This document shows positions 20,915-34,213 of a DNA stretch of 64,000 nucleotides, in pieces. Below the pieces are notes generated by a model. That model saw only the letters and a list, made by a program, of their open reading frames with translations, was not told the origin of the DNA and ran no database searches. Every line of letters begins with the position of its first letter. Positions within the stretch are counted from its first letter, which is position 1. A program made the translations under genes and the position numbers. Source of the stretch: Podospora anserina (Eukaryota); contig CM030335.1 in assembly GCA_017654855.1 (NCBI GenBank), positions 2,480,001 through 2,544,000 of the forward strand. The letters run 5' to 3'.

Positions 20915-22120
20915 CTATTTGGCAACTACCGGCTTCCCATAGGCACCTCCATTCTGCCTCCTCAACTCAATAGCCCGTTTGTAAGGCGGCGCAGTAGGTG
21001 GTTGCACAGGAGGCAGAGAAACGTGACCGGCTGCGAGCTTATAAGAGGCATCAGAATCGAAAGCCGAAAGGTCACCGCAGGCGATGAAAGGGGCTATCCA
21101 TCTGTTCTTGTTATCGCTTCCGGAAAGGTCCTCGAGGATAACCTCAGTGATACCATCATCATCCGCTTTTGATGGCTCAGACTGCGAGATGGGGTCTTGC
21201 TGTTGCTCTTGCAACTCAGCCAGCCGGCTACCCACGCCCAAGGGCTCCTCCAGGCTGGCCTTGAAACCCTCTGGCGGCTGAAAGTTGATGCAGACGATGA
21301 ACGCCTCCACGCTGCTCGCACGGGAAGACCTTGGCTTGGCCACATGGACTTTCTCGAAGAAGACCTTGAGCTGGGCGTAGAGGAGGTCCACGTTGCGGCC
21401 GCGGAAAATTTTGGCGACAAACTTTCCGCCTGGTTTTAACACGCAGAGGGCGAGGTTGAGGGCGGCGAAGAGGAGCTGGGATTGGACGTAGATGTCGAGG
21501 TCGTGTAGACCGGTGACATCAGGAGCACCGTCGCTGATGACGAGGTCGACTGGGTGTTGGGCTTGCTGGTTGGTGGATGTTTCGGGGTCGTAAGATGGGT
21601 CCAGCGCTTTGAGGAGAAGGGGGACGGTGGCGGGGTGGGTGATATCGGCTCGGAGGGTGATGACGCCCGGGAGGGGGCTGATGGGCTGGAGATCGATGGA
21701 GACGATCTTGACGTCTGGCCTGGCGGTGGTTTCATCTTGTGTGTTGGCCATTTCAACGTCTTGCTTCGTTTCTTGCTGGCTGTCCTCTTGGGAGGACGCT
21801 GATGGGATTAAGTTGAGCATCCTCTGACGGAACTGGGCTTCACGGTCTTCCCAGGCACAGCGGCCGAATTTTTCATTTTTGATCAGGACTCTGGAGAGAA
21901 CTTGAGACCAACTGCCCGGGGCAGCACACAGGTCTACAACTCGGGTGACATTTTCGAAGAGGTTGAATTCTGAGACACAAGTTAGTTATGAGTTGGGTAT
22001 CAAGTCGTTGAACATACCCTCATCCAACTGGAGGAGCTTGAAAGCACTTCTGGCGCGCCAGCCTTGTTCTTTGGCGAGCCGGTAGTAGGCGTCGCGCTTG
22101 TCTTTTGACGATTTTCCCAT
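20915..22120 (-). CDS. TRM7: tRNA (C32/G34) 2'-O-methyltransferase Trm7 (FtsJ family); exons 22120-22018 and 21969-20915
   Basis: [70 protein letters not shown] and [13 protein letters not shown]; intron 21970-22017. Confidence 0.95.
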
Positions 22121-22862
22121 TCTGGCAGAAATATGAACCCCGCAATGTGTGTGTCACCGAAGGTGAGTTTTAGTTTAAGTAAGGTAATAGAATCCAGGAA
22201 ATTGGAGATAGATCCAGAATAAAAATATCTTGTGAGAAGAATTGGAGAGTCGAGTGAGATTCGATTTGGGACCTCACGAAGTAGCCGGTTGTGATGTGAG
22301 TGTTAATGCAGGCTTACATGAAGCTTGAACTTTTTTGATGCCAAATTCAGTACATCGCGGGGCAGGTAGTGGTGTAACTGAGATTCTGGCTAGCTGTTTC
22401 CGGCAGGCGGTGAGGGAATACAAGGGTTAGGGTTCTAGCATGACAGTTGCAAGTTGTAAGCCACGGCATATAAATGCTCATGTCGAGACTGAAAGATCTC
22501 ACAAGTGAATCTTCCAGGAGATGGGATGAGAATGCAATGCTCTCCACTGATGACCATTTTGCGCTGCCGGGCTGAGAGCCATCCTTCTGTTCGGCAGCTG
22601 AACTGAACTTCCTAAAAAGTGGGTCCGCCAATTGTAAGTTTCCCATCATCGATTTTTCACTTTTCTCGCAGGGATATTTGCTTCACCTTCGACATCACAT
22701 CTCAAAACACATCGATAGGTACGTTACGGTCGCTCTCATATCATCAAGGCGCTCTTATTCTGTTGATGTAAGCAAAACATCGCACAGCAGCTCCAACCTT
22801 TATCGAGGCCCTCCCTCAACTTTGCCCGACTCCCGCGCTACCGATTCTGCCAGTCTCATACA

Positions 22863-25246
22863 ATGGCGTTCGACAAGAAGAGAAAGCACTCCGGCGAGCA
22901 GGCGCAGGCCAAGCGCTCGCAATCAAAAGGCGGCCCAAAACGCCAAAAGACGCAAAATACGGAGAAACACTTTGTCCCCGTCGATGAGTTGCCATGGCAG
23001 ACTGTCGAAGTTCCTGAGATGTTTGATGACGCCGAAGGGTTTTACGGCCTGGAGGAAATCCAGGGTGTTGATGTCGTCAGAGAGGGCGATGTTGTCAAAT
23101 TTGTGAGTTTCAATGGCCTGGTTCATCTTGAGGCTCATAAGAAGTCTTACTCACGCTCATTTAGGTGGCTGCTGTGCCTAAAGGCAAAGCTGGCAAGAAG
23201 AAGGATGACAAGAAGGCTGAGAACCAAAAAATGGAGGACAATGAAGATGAATTCGAAGGCTTCGACGACACACCTGAGGAGGAGTCAACTCCAGTAGAGA
23301 CCAAGGCGGGTGACCAAAAGAAGGAACCCAAGACCAAGAAGAAGGACGCCAAGGACCAAAAGAAGGAGCCAAAGGAGGCAAAGAAAGATGGAAAGAAAGA
23401 CGCCAAGAAGCAAAAGAAACCAGCGCCACAACCTACGGAAGATCCCGAATTGGAGTCGAATCTGTTCACCAGCCTCGACACCTTACCTGATATCGAACCA
23501 GAGGAAGACGTTGATACATCCGAATGGGCGCCACTTGAGCTGTCGCCTGACCTGGTAGCAGCGATTGGAAACCTCAGATTCGGCAAGCCAACACCGATTC
23601 AGGCACGCGCTATTCCAGAAATAATCAACGGTCACGATGTTATCGGTAAAGCGTCCACGGGTTCCGGCAAGACCTTGGCCTTTGGGATTCCCATTGTGGA
23701 AAAGTGGCTTGCGAAGCAGGCAGAGGGAAATGAGGACGAGAAGAAACACCCAATCGCCATGATCCTTTCACCAACAAGAGAATTGGCTCATCAGATTTCG
23801 GATCACTTGAAGAAGCTTAGCGATGGCCTTACCGAGTCGCCTTACATCTGCTCAGTCACTGGTGGTTTGGCTATTCAGAAGCAGCTGAGGCAGTTGGAGA
23901 AGGCAGATATCATCATCGGAACACCTGGTCGTCTGTGGGAGGTCATCAGCACAGAAATTGCCGTAATGAACTCGATCAGGCAGATCGACTTCCTCGTGGT
24001 GGATGAGGCTGACCGCCTGCTCAAGGATGGCCAGTTTAAGGAAGCAGAGGACATCATCAAGGCCTTGGACCGGACGCGTCCCGGTGAGGAGGCTGAGGAA
24101 GATTCGGATTCCGACGAAGAGCCTACGCCCAAACACAACCGCCAGACCCTGGTCTTTTCTGCCACCTTCAACAAGGCCCTCCAGCAGAAGCTCGCCGGCA
24201 AGGCCCGCTACAACCTCATGGGAGAAGCTGAGTCCCTCGAGCACTTGCTCAAGAAGCTCAACTTCCGGGAGGCCAAGCCCAAGTTCATCGATGCGAACCC
24301 CGTCTCCCAGATGGCCGACAAGCTGAAAGAAGGCCTCATCCACTGCGGTGATCTCGAGAAGGACCTCTACCTCTACGCCGTCCTCCTCCTCCAACCCACC
24401 CGCCGTGCCCTCGTCTTTACCAATGCGATCAACACCGTCCGCCGCCTCACCCCCTTCCTCCAAAACCTCGGTCTCCCCGCCATCTCTCTCCACTCCGACA
24501 TGGAGCAAAAAGCCCGTCTCCGCTCCCTCGAAAAGTTCAAGGCCGACCCACCCAAGAACGCCAACCCCGGCTCCTCCGTTCAGGCTCCCATCCTGGTAGC
24601 AACCGACGTCGCCGCCCGCGGTCTCGACATCCCCAACGTCGACCTCGTAATCCATTACCACGTCCCCCGCAGCGCAGACGACTACGTCCATCGCTCCGGT
24701 CGTACCGCTCGTGCGACTCAATCCGGCGTGTCGATCATGCTCTGCGGCCCCAAGGAGGACATCCCCACCCAGCGCCTCATCACCAAGGTCCACGCCTCCA
24801 CTGCAGCCTCCAGCGGCAAGCCCAAGAAGGACCTCTTGGGCGTCCAGACCATTGACATCGACAGGCGGCTGGTATCCCACCTCAAACCCCGCGTGACGCT
24901 CTCCAAGAAGATCACCGAGACGACGATTGCCAAGGAGAAGGGCGCAAAGGAGGATGACTGGCTGAAGAACGCGGCGGAGGAGCTGGGGATCGAGCTGGAC
25001 GAGGATGAGTTTGAGAAGGTGGGCAGCTGGAAGGGGAAGGGGAGCGGGAAGAAGCAGCAGGAGAAGCAGGCGAGGGCGGTGGGGAAGCAGGAGGTGCAGA
25101 AGTGGAGGTGGGAGTTGAAGGAGTTGCTGAAGAGGCGGGTGAACACGGGGGTTAGTGAGAAGTATCTGAATGGGGTTGATGTGGAGGGGTTGCTGAGGGG
25201 GGTGAGGAGTGAGTTTTTGGGGCAGGTGGAGGGGTTGGGGCTTTGA
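22863..25246 (+). CDS. MAK5: DEAD-box RNA helicase Mak5 (60S biogenesis); exons 22863-23102 and 23165-25246
   Basis: PTPIQ, ASTGSGKT, PTRELA, DEAD, SAT, TDVAARGLDIP and HRSGRTAR; Mak5-type N-terminal GFYGLEEIQGVDV and RQTLVFSATF; intron 23103-23164. Confidence 0.9.
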
Positions 25247-25753
25247 TATTTTTTTTTGGGGGTTGAAAGATAATGTGTCCTTTAATCAAATAGCAAAGCG
25301 GTTCTGGAATTAATTTTGAAAATTGTGGATATTTTCCCAAGAGTTGCCTCTTACCTCAAGTCAAGCCTCATCAACCTCACTGTCTCCGGCAAATCCTGCC
25401 AAGACCCCGGCCCGATGCCGGTGTTCAGGGTGAGTCACCAAGGCCCGTCCCGGCGGGTTAACGGGAATGTGGAATACTTCTAGAACAACCAAGGCTTTAT
25501 CATGCATGAATGCAGGTTCATACTTTGTAGATTCGCTACCCACCCACCTTCCTTGTCAACGTTAGGGCGTGATGGATATATGACTCCTTTCAGCTTGATA
25601 TCTGCAACTATAAAAGCTTTGGAATTTCAACTAACAAAGACTTTTGGTCTTATCTCATTTCAACAGTTGACTCTCTCATCACTTTGAACTTTCCATCCCC
25701 ACTCATCCCATCTCATTGTTCATCCCGTCTCATCAGCTTCACCGACCTCCAAG

Positions 25754-26405
25754 ATGTCTCAACCAACTGAGCACAAATCATGGACAAAGACTGTCGTCAC
25801 CACAAGCAGCAAGAGCTTCACATGCACAGTCTCCACCGATCCCACCCTCATCTCCCTCGACGCCCTCTCCGCAGCCTTCAACTCAGACTTCATCTACTGG
25901 TCCAAACCCCTCACCCACGCCCATCTCCAGACTCTAGTCCAAAACTCACTTTGCCTCGGTCTCTATGATGGTAGTACCCCAAAATCACCTCACAATCCCA
26001 AGTTTTTTTGTTATAGAAAAAATAAAATTAAATAATAAAAAAGAAAGAAAAAAGAGACTTACACAAACTGACACCATTTGTATTTATATAGAAGAAAAAG
26101 AACTAATAGGCTTTGGCCGCCTGATAACCGACCGCCTCACCTTCGCCTACCTCACAGACGTCTACGTCCTCCCCTCCCACCAAGGCAAAGGACTGGCCAG
26201 ATTCATGATGTCCTGTCTGGACGAGATAGTCTCCGAATGGGATGAGCACCTGAGACGCTTACTCCTCTTTACCCGAGACGAGGAAGCTGCCAAGCTCTAC
26301 AAACACACCCTCGGGGCACAAGACGTGAGGGAGACTGGCACAGGAAAGCTAATCTGCATGGAGAGAGTCGGTGGCGGAAACACCTTCCAGGCACCAGATC
26401 ACTGA
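25754..26405 (+). CDS. GNAT-family N-acetyltransferase; exons ~25754-25970 and 26092-26405
   Basis: NSLCLGLY, LIGFGRLITD..TFAYLTDVYVLP and the acetyl-CoA motif QGKGLA; an A-rich intron ~25971-26091 (CTGAC branch, TAG acceptor) restores the frame. Confidence 0.85.
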
Positions 26406-26695
26406 GATGATAGTACACCAAAAACAATCAGTAATCTCGCGTGAGCTTGATGAGTAAACAAAATGTTACCTGTCTCGAATTTGCAAACTTACTTGTCAAA
26501 TAACGAACAACATCGCCAGCGTGGCCGCCCATCTTGAATTGAGATTAATAGCAACCAACATGACCTCGCCCAATATCTTCAGCACGAGCACCAGGCTTCC
26601 TAAAGCTGCCCCTTGGCCGCTCGGCAGCATATCAACGCAAAGCGAGCCCGGTAAATAAACTCCGTTCCATGTCACCAGAGATCGCCACCCCAAAA

Positions 26696-28242
26696 TCAGT
26701 ACTTCTCATCGTACTCCTCGTCCATCTCCAGCTCCGAGTCCGAGTCGTTCTCCAGCTTGTCCAGCTTCTCATTCAGAGCAGCCTTTTCCAACAGACACCT
26801 GGGTGTGCCCTTCGGGACAGCCTTTCTCTTCTTTCTGAACATTTTCTCGCCATTCGCGGCATACTCATTGTCCAGAATCTGAATAAGGGCCTCGATATCC
26901 GCTTCAACATCCCAAAATGCGTCGAAGTAATGCTGGCCGACTTTGTCGAGAGCGGCATCATGATGAGCCTGCTGACCGACCTTCGCAGCCACCAGGCCAA
27001 AGTAGCTGACAAGTTGTGTTTCCTCAAGGGTTCCCGAGACGGCCTCTTGAACATGGCCTCGGAGCTTGTGACGAGTAGCGGCACTCCTCAAACGAATGTG
27101 GCCAGCCATAGTCCTGGCTATGCATTCGAAGAAATTAACATCACCAGACACTGGGTGATACGAGTCAGTACAGCTTCACATGCTCCTTTTGGAGGCGGAC
27201 TTACTGGACTCTTTCTTGCTCCCGAAGGTCTTGTCGGTTATGACCATGTTCAAGTACTTGGGCCGGTTGAGGATTCGACGGAGGATCCGCATGAAGAAAA
27301 AGCGGCTGCGGCCCAGGCCAACATTCCGATTCAGAATGTTGAGGATGGCTCTAATTGAGTTGTTGGTGGCAACTGCATGACGGATGTTCTCCTCAATCAG
27401 AGCCTCCACGTTCTCCTCTTCCTCTGCACCAAACGGCTGCCTCAATGCGCCGCTGGCAGTTTTGCGGACCTCGGCGAGCTCTTGCTGAGCCTGGCGCAAG
27501 AGGTGCTTGGTGCACTCCACCACGGCCCCCTTGGGACAAGAATCGTGACAAGTATCCCCTTTACGAAGGCCCTTGAGGTTGGTGAGCTGGGGTGAGGATC
27601 GAATATCAGCATAGCATACAGAACTCGCATAGAGCATAAGAAGATCGACTTACATCGCGCAGAACGTAACTGATGTTGTAAGCTGGGAGCTCCATCTGCT
27701 GCTGGGTGGGCTTATGCGACCAACCCTTGAGCCAGTACCGTGAGAAGGCAGTGGAATAGCCCCAACTGGGTTCCAACTTCCACGTCACAAAGTCAATCTG
27801 AATCTTGTTGCGAGATGCATCAAGACAGGGCCATATAAGCTGTTTCGATAGCTCGTTGAAGTATGAGCGGCAATTGCTCTCGCTTGCGAGCTTTTCGGAG
27901 CCGCCGTCGGTGGTTGTAAAGAGAAGCTGACAGGACATCAGGTCTGCGTTTTGCTCGACAGAGTTTGAGGGGTTTGGGACTTACGTTGAGGGCCACATAG
28001 GCCAGGCCTTCTCGACCAGGCAGGGGCGAAATTGGCGTCTCAGGGGTGGGTTCCTGAACGGTGATCTCCCAGTCGACACTCGGAGTCCAGGTTGCATCTA
28101 TGAAGTAGTTGGCGAGAATTGTCGTGGCGGAGTAAACCTTGTCGGGTCTAAGGTAGCACCATCCTTTGAAGTTGAGCTCGAACTTGTCAAATTCAGTTCT
28201 GTTCTCGTCCCATCTGGGGATCAGGCAATCAGAGCGCTCCAT
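26696..28242 (-). CDS. Uncharacterised 455-aa protein; exons 28242-27985, 27926-27654, 27586-27205, 27150-26696
   Basis: Three introns, each with a GTAAGT donor, a CTGA(C/T) branch and a CAG acceptor, join four ORF-track fragments in frame (1368 nt in total). No family recognised. Confidence 0.75.
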
Positions 28243-28764
28243 GGCTGCTGTCCGATGTTTCCAGATGACAGAGAGCAGAGGGCAGCGAGAGCAGAGCAGA
28301 GCAGAGAGTGGGAGGAGGGGGGAAAGAGCAATGGTAGCTTTTTGTGGTGGGCCTCCCCACACAAGAAACCTTAATGATGGCGATGTGTGACGCTGGCGAC
28401 CAAGATAAGGAAGCCACGACCGGTATACACGAGACGCCTCGGGGACCTCTTTTTAGGTTGGCACGAGATGGCGCCAGGCAGGCCGCAGGCACGAGAAAGC
28501 ATGTGATGATGTGAGGCTTGACATGTCCAGCTTTTCCCCCAAACACCTCCGGTTCCCCATGGATGAAAGGCCGCCGTTTTATCTTTTAGAGGCAGGCGCG
28601 AGTGAGTCGGATGGGGGAGGGGCGACATGGTGGAACGGCATCACCACCACATGACGTCTCACTATCTCCAACATGATAGGCTCCCCTCGACAGCAAACAC
28701 GATGCACTCACCCACTCGCCCACCGGCAAGGCAATGGGCAGCAGCGTCGACGGCAGCACGCACG

Positions 28765-28787
28765 CACACACACACACACACACACAC
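28765..28787. repeat. (CA)11 microsatellite
   Basis: Direct reading. Confidence 0.9.
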
Positions 28788-30790
28788 GGAGCCTCCTGTG
28801 TAACCATCATGCACCTGCTCGCCGTCCCTGATAGCAACCCTCGAGTCGTCTACCACCTAGACGTGTGTGTAACTTTCTTCATCTGGATAATAAAAAAGTC
28901 ATGCCCTCGGCTATCGTGTTATTGGATTGGTCCAAGTTCTTTCTGTTTCTACATCTTTAAACACTTGGGTGCACACTATCCGAGACTCGGTCTGTATGTT
29001 GCCGGCTGATCTGATCCTTCGGAAGGGATGGACACGGGATGCCCACGGGATCACACCTCCTCCGCTGCCTCAAGAAGAGATATGCTATAGGTGCGCAGGT
29101 CGTGCTTCCCTTGCATATGTATAATGTATGGCACATTCCAACTCTACCCGATCAAGAGCCTTCTCCATGACTGGCTCATCTTGACCGGCCTGAGAAGGTG
29201 GCTTGTCCCTTTTGTCCACGCTGTTCAACATCCCACGCAGTGTGTCTATTTTCGACGTTGACATCCATCTCTCTCACAGGTTCAATCACATAATCATGGG
29301 TAAACAGGAACTGCAACCTCACAATTCTGCCCTGCAACCCTACCCAGCAAACCACGCGAGCCACACCAAGGCGAGGAAAGCTTGCAGCTGCCATGTCACG
29401 ACCCTGTTCCAGACCCCCGTCCAGAAGAGATCGGATCGAGTGTCAGACGGTAGGGCAGAGAAGAAGCAAAGAAAAGAGGGGAGGGTAGCAATTTTATGTG
29501 GTTGTCACGGTCCGCTGCCCGCTTATTTCTGTCGTGCTCCATGCCACATCCATCCATCTGACTTTCACATGGAGAGGAGGGGCAGAAATCAACGGAGGGG
29601 GCTGACCAGCTGCTTTTTAAGCTTGCCCTCCACCACAAAGGTCAGATAATCGATGGCCCATCTTTTCAAACTTCCCGCAGGTTCGAGGGTTTACCACAAA
29701 ACACTCAACAGCTCGCTCCGTAACGCAAGTAGGCATAATTCTGTTCAGCCCTCTCATATCACCTCTCTGCCCTTCCCGAACTCTATACCCCATCTGAAAG
29801 TGCCCCGCATACCATGATCCCTCTTGGTATCATCAACGCCGTGATTTCACCTCTCTCTGCACACTGGGTCAGACGCAGTGACATGTCGCAAACTAGGTTT
29901 CCAGCAACCGGGTTATTGGTTTTCTGGGGGTAGGTTATTCACATTCATTCCTCTCCGAGTCTCGATCCATGGCTTTTGCCTCCCATCTCACCCCACACTC
30001 CAACTGACGTGATGATTAGACATGCTTCAAGCCACATACCAAACCTTTTGAAAATTCCATGCCGTTCCAGACGCCGCCAGACTTATCTCCTTCGTATAAG
30101 TCACCTATCGAGACATGGCTTGAATGTGGTCAACAGCGTGCCGTTCGTGCAGAGCTCCTGACTGACCATTTTACCTATCAAGGGAAAGAAACACTTCTCG
30201 ATAGAAAATAGACCAGGCCTACTAACTGAGGAGAAAATTGGGCGGTGGTAAGTTAACTAATGCTGTCATCGGTTGTAGATCCGGGGGGTCCTGTATCTTG
30301 ACGAAATACATCTTTCGATGGGTGATAATCTCGTCTGTGCCGAGACAGCTCGTCTCTGAAGCCTGGGCCAAGCAAAGTTCAGCTATCGTGATGGATTCGA
30401 TCCCCACCTGGCTGCTTCTTGATGGAGGTCTTCTTCACAATCGTCAATATCTGACATGAGCAAGCTCTAGGAACAATTGTCAACCATAACATCAGCACAG
30501 GATCCCAAGTTTAAGATAAAGCAAAGACAGCTCTGTTGCCTATTCTTCAAACCACACTCCTTTACACTACAACATAAGAAACCAGATGAAAAAGAACCGA
30601 AATATATAACCAAGACGCTCCTTACACACAGAGAAAAAGCCAGTTACTATATATATAGCCAAGGGGATTAAATACTCGGGAAAGATAAGAGACCCTGACA
30701 TCCAAAGAATGTGCACTGAAGAGTTCCCCGTGTGTTGATGTAGCTTTGCACAGGGAAGAGGAAGAGAGATGGGACACGCCGGTTCACCGT

Positions 30791-31287
30791 TTATTTGGCA
30801 GCAGCAGCCTCCTTCTTCTTGGTTGTTGTCTTGGGCTATCAGGAAGATATGGTTAGTTGTGTCTTGGGTTATGCCAGGGGGAGAAAGAGTTGTCTCACCT
30901 TCTCAGCTTTCTCGACCTTCTCAACCTTCTCGGCCTTTTCAGCCTTCTCGGGCTTGTCGGCCTTCTCCGTCTTCTCGGCCTTCTCGGCTGCCTTCTTGGG
31001 CGCGGCCTTCTTGACAGCAGCCTTGGCCTGAAAGTCAGAGAGTTAGCCCGATTGTGCCTGATATGTCCTCCACACAACCTGAGGCGCAGCCGACATACCT
31101 TCTTCGCAACGGTCTCCTTCTTGGGGGCGGCCTTCTTCTTGGTTACACCGGTGGGTTTGGCGCCCTTGGTCTCCTCCTTCGCAGCCTTGGGCTTGGTGGT
31201 CCTCTTCACGGCAGGAGCGGTGTCGACAGTCTGAAAGACACGCGGCTTGGAGTTGCCGGTGGACGAACGGGTTCCTTCACGAGCCAT
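30791..31287 (-). CDS. Small Lys/Ala-rich basic protein (120 aa); exons 31287-31099, 31027-30899, 30835-30791
   Basis: Introns 31028-31098 and 30836-30898 are canonical. Product MAREGTRSSTGNSKPRVF...KKAAPKK...AEKAEKVEK...PKTTTKKKEAAAAK with strongly biased codons. Confidence 0.85.
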
Positions 31288-34213
31288 GGCTGATAATGTG
31301 GAATTAACCTGTGATTATCTGCTCCAAAAAAGTCAGTATGGATACACAAGTGAAGCGCGATCCCGCGAGAGCTTCAACTGTGTGTATGCGACGCGAAAGC
31401 AGCAAAAATTGCGCGATGCGCTCGGCAGACCACATGCGCGGACAGCAGCTCTCAACTTTTCTCGCGGCGCAAACTGTTCGGGCAGCCCAACTTACGTGGA
31501 AAATTGGACAGCAAAAATGCGACGAACTTGCGCAGCGCAGCGAATGAAGCAAAATGGCGTAAAAGAGGAGATAGAGACTTGTCTAGGGCAAACGATAGGA
31601 AGGGCCAAAAGTCGAAATGTCGCAAGGAAAACAAAAGGTGGGCGGCACAAAAACAACGGGGTTGGGGTGCGGTGGGTGAGCAAGCAGAACACCACACACC
31701 ACTCACACCTCCTCCATTATCATTTTTTGTGTTTTCTGCCGCAACCGCTACTCCGTACCGACCCAGCAATCTCTCCAACCTCCAATCTCCAATCTCCAGC
31801 GTCCAGGGGTCAGACAGTACCACTGGGCATCCATCGTGTGTTTAGAGCGCTGGCTTTGCGGATTAGGGCATAAACAAAGAGAGCCGCCCTGGGTTAAGCT
31901 GTCCAAACCAGTGGATCTCGCCCGCCTGCCGGATGCTGTGCTGCTGCTCAAGTGCTGCTCGGCATTGCCGCGCGCCTGCTGAAGAGAAGATGGAGAGAGG
32001 TCTGCTGACGATATTGTTCCAAGGAGCAGAAACACGTGGCGATCGACGAGACAGCGCTCCTGCCGAGAGAGAGACAGGATCAAGAGTCCAGGCTCTGTCC
32101 GACTCTCTCTGCCAGTTGCAGCATTCCGGGCGGGCGTTCAATCGACCATGGTGGACTGGCTTGGTGGTACAGGACGTTGAGGCCGCCTAAACTGAAGTGG
32201 TGACGTTCATGAGCATCTTGAGGTTGTCAAGACGAAACTCGACGGCGGGTGGCCCAAAATTTCCAAAAATCGTAGGAAGAAGGAGATTGAGTTGTTTGTT
32301 TTTTCCAACTTTGACTTTCCCTGCGTCTGTCAACTTGTGAGTTGGGAATGCACGCCATAACGCGTGGGTCAACCGCTGTGGAGATCGGACCCACCACCCA
32401 CCTTCGGGAGCGGCCAGCCACAACGCCGTTTGGTCACCCCGCATTTAGGGTGGGACTTGGCGGTTGAAGCTATTCAGAGCTCGATCAGAGCTCTAGTGTC
32501 CAAGCTTGGCATGATGCGGAGGAGATGCATGTTTTGATCACAACTCTGATTAATATCAAATTCAAAACTGCCGAATGTCTGTTTCAGTCATATCCCCCAC
32601 GCGAATTCGAGGGCGGTAGCTTTCCGTGCAGATGGCCAGGGTGCAGATTCCGATCACCAAGCGTGTCAGTGTTTCAACGGCCGTGAGATGTGAAAATGTG
32701 TGTCAGCAGACACAAGTCTGCGTTACGTAGCCTGCCGCGTAACCTCGAGCTATAAGACAGCAGGCAACAGGAAAACCCACCAACATTCTATCCAATTTTC
32801 TTTTTGTTCTTCGCCCAACACTCAATATTTCTCCCAAACCAAGGTGGTGTTGGAGGCGGGGTTCGGCATCCCGGCACGTCACATCTCTGGGCTCTACCTA
32901 TCGATACTCTACACACTCGCATCACACGCATCCCAATCCCAATCCCAATCCGACAAGAGATCTTCAGACATCACACGACTCTCGAGGTCCTTTTGTAATG
33001 CGCGAGTTACATAGCACTATTGCTACGCTAGGAGGCTATACTGGCTTCAGCCGTACGAGTTGCTGCATCAGAACAGCACAAGAGCATAGCCACGCTCTCA
33101 GCGACCCAACTGCGCAGCACGCACTGCATAGTCCCAGTTCTGGTGGTGTCGTTGTACTACCGAGGCAGAATGTCACTGTCCGACGTGCTGTAGTATGCCG
33201 ATTTCCAGCCGCTCTTGGCTATGGTCTATTTCCTGTTTCTGAGCCTCGTCAGCGCTAGGACAAAGGTAGGTATTGCAGCATCATAGTTACAGCCGGTCCA
33301 ATATCTCCGAGCCACGGACCAAACGACACTCGCACTCGTGCGATATTTAGTTCCAGGTTGTACTCGATGCCACATGGGGCTTGGAGTGACGGTGGAGTGT
33401 CGACAGGCCAGCTGGCTGCCGTGGTGTTTTGTTTTGAGACGCCAATGACTCTGAGAAAAAAAGATCTAGAAGAAATCCTGGGCGATGAAACAGTTTGGAT
33501 GACAGCACCGCATTCTTGTGTTGCTGTTTTGGGCATCGAGATGCAGGCTCGAGGAGTGGGCCGCCGCCCGCGCCTTACACCGCACAGCGCCAAGCCTTGC
33601 TCTTTTGACGGGATTGGCGGGGGAGGGGGTTGGTGGGTCCAGCCTGCCGGGGTCTTGCTCAGGCTTGCATTGGTTCCTGGCTCAAGCTCGGACTGGGTAC
33701 CAGGGTACTTGGCCCCAGCTCTTGCTGTCACAGATGACGGGACCTTTGCCTTGTGCCTTGCGATGCCATGCCTTGCCCAGAAACTCGACCACCTCCTGGT
33801 TGTCTGAAGAAGTGCTTTCGCGAAGAATTGGCGAATGGCCAGAATCAATAAAACCTTGCCCCTCCAGGCCTCCACTATTCCCACCCCAACCAAGTCCCGA
33901 CAACATCCAAACTTTCAACCTACAGCATCATCGACTCCTCCTGCTCTTCACTTCGGCACATGCGGTTGCAACAAACAGCCCACCACGAGACATGACCTAG
34001 CCCCTTTTAGCCTTGCCTGACACCTCAGCTTCCCCCCCCCTGTATTCCTCATACCTAATATTTTCTTCGGTCTCGGCTTTGACCTTCCCAACCATTCGAA
34101 CGTCGGGGTTGCAAAAAGCTGCCGCCGCCGCCAACATAACGTTTTTGCGGCTCCGACCCAATTCCTCACTCGACGACCTTTAACATCGACGACGCGATCC
34201 AAGAACCGAGAAG

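Noticed and set aside
28400-30700. Short ORFs or a transposon relic in the gene-free stretch (also 31900-34100)
   Set aside because: No transposase or RT motifs, terminal repeats, strong RIP-like AT enrichment or coding-like bias visible.
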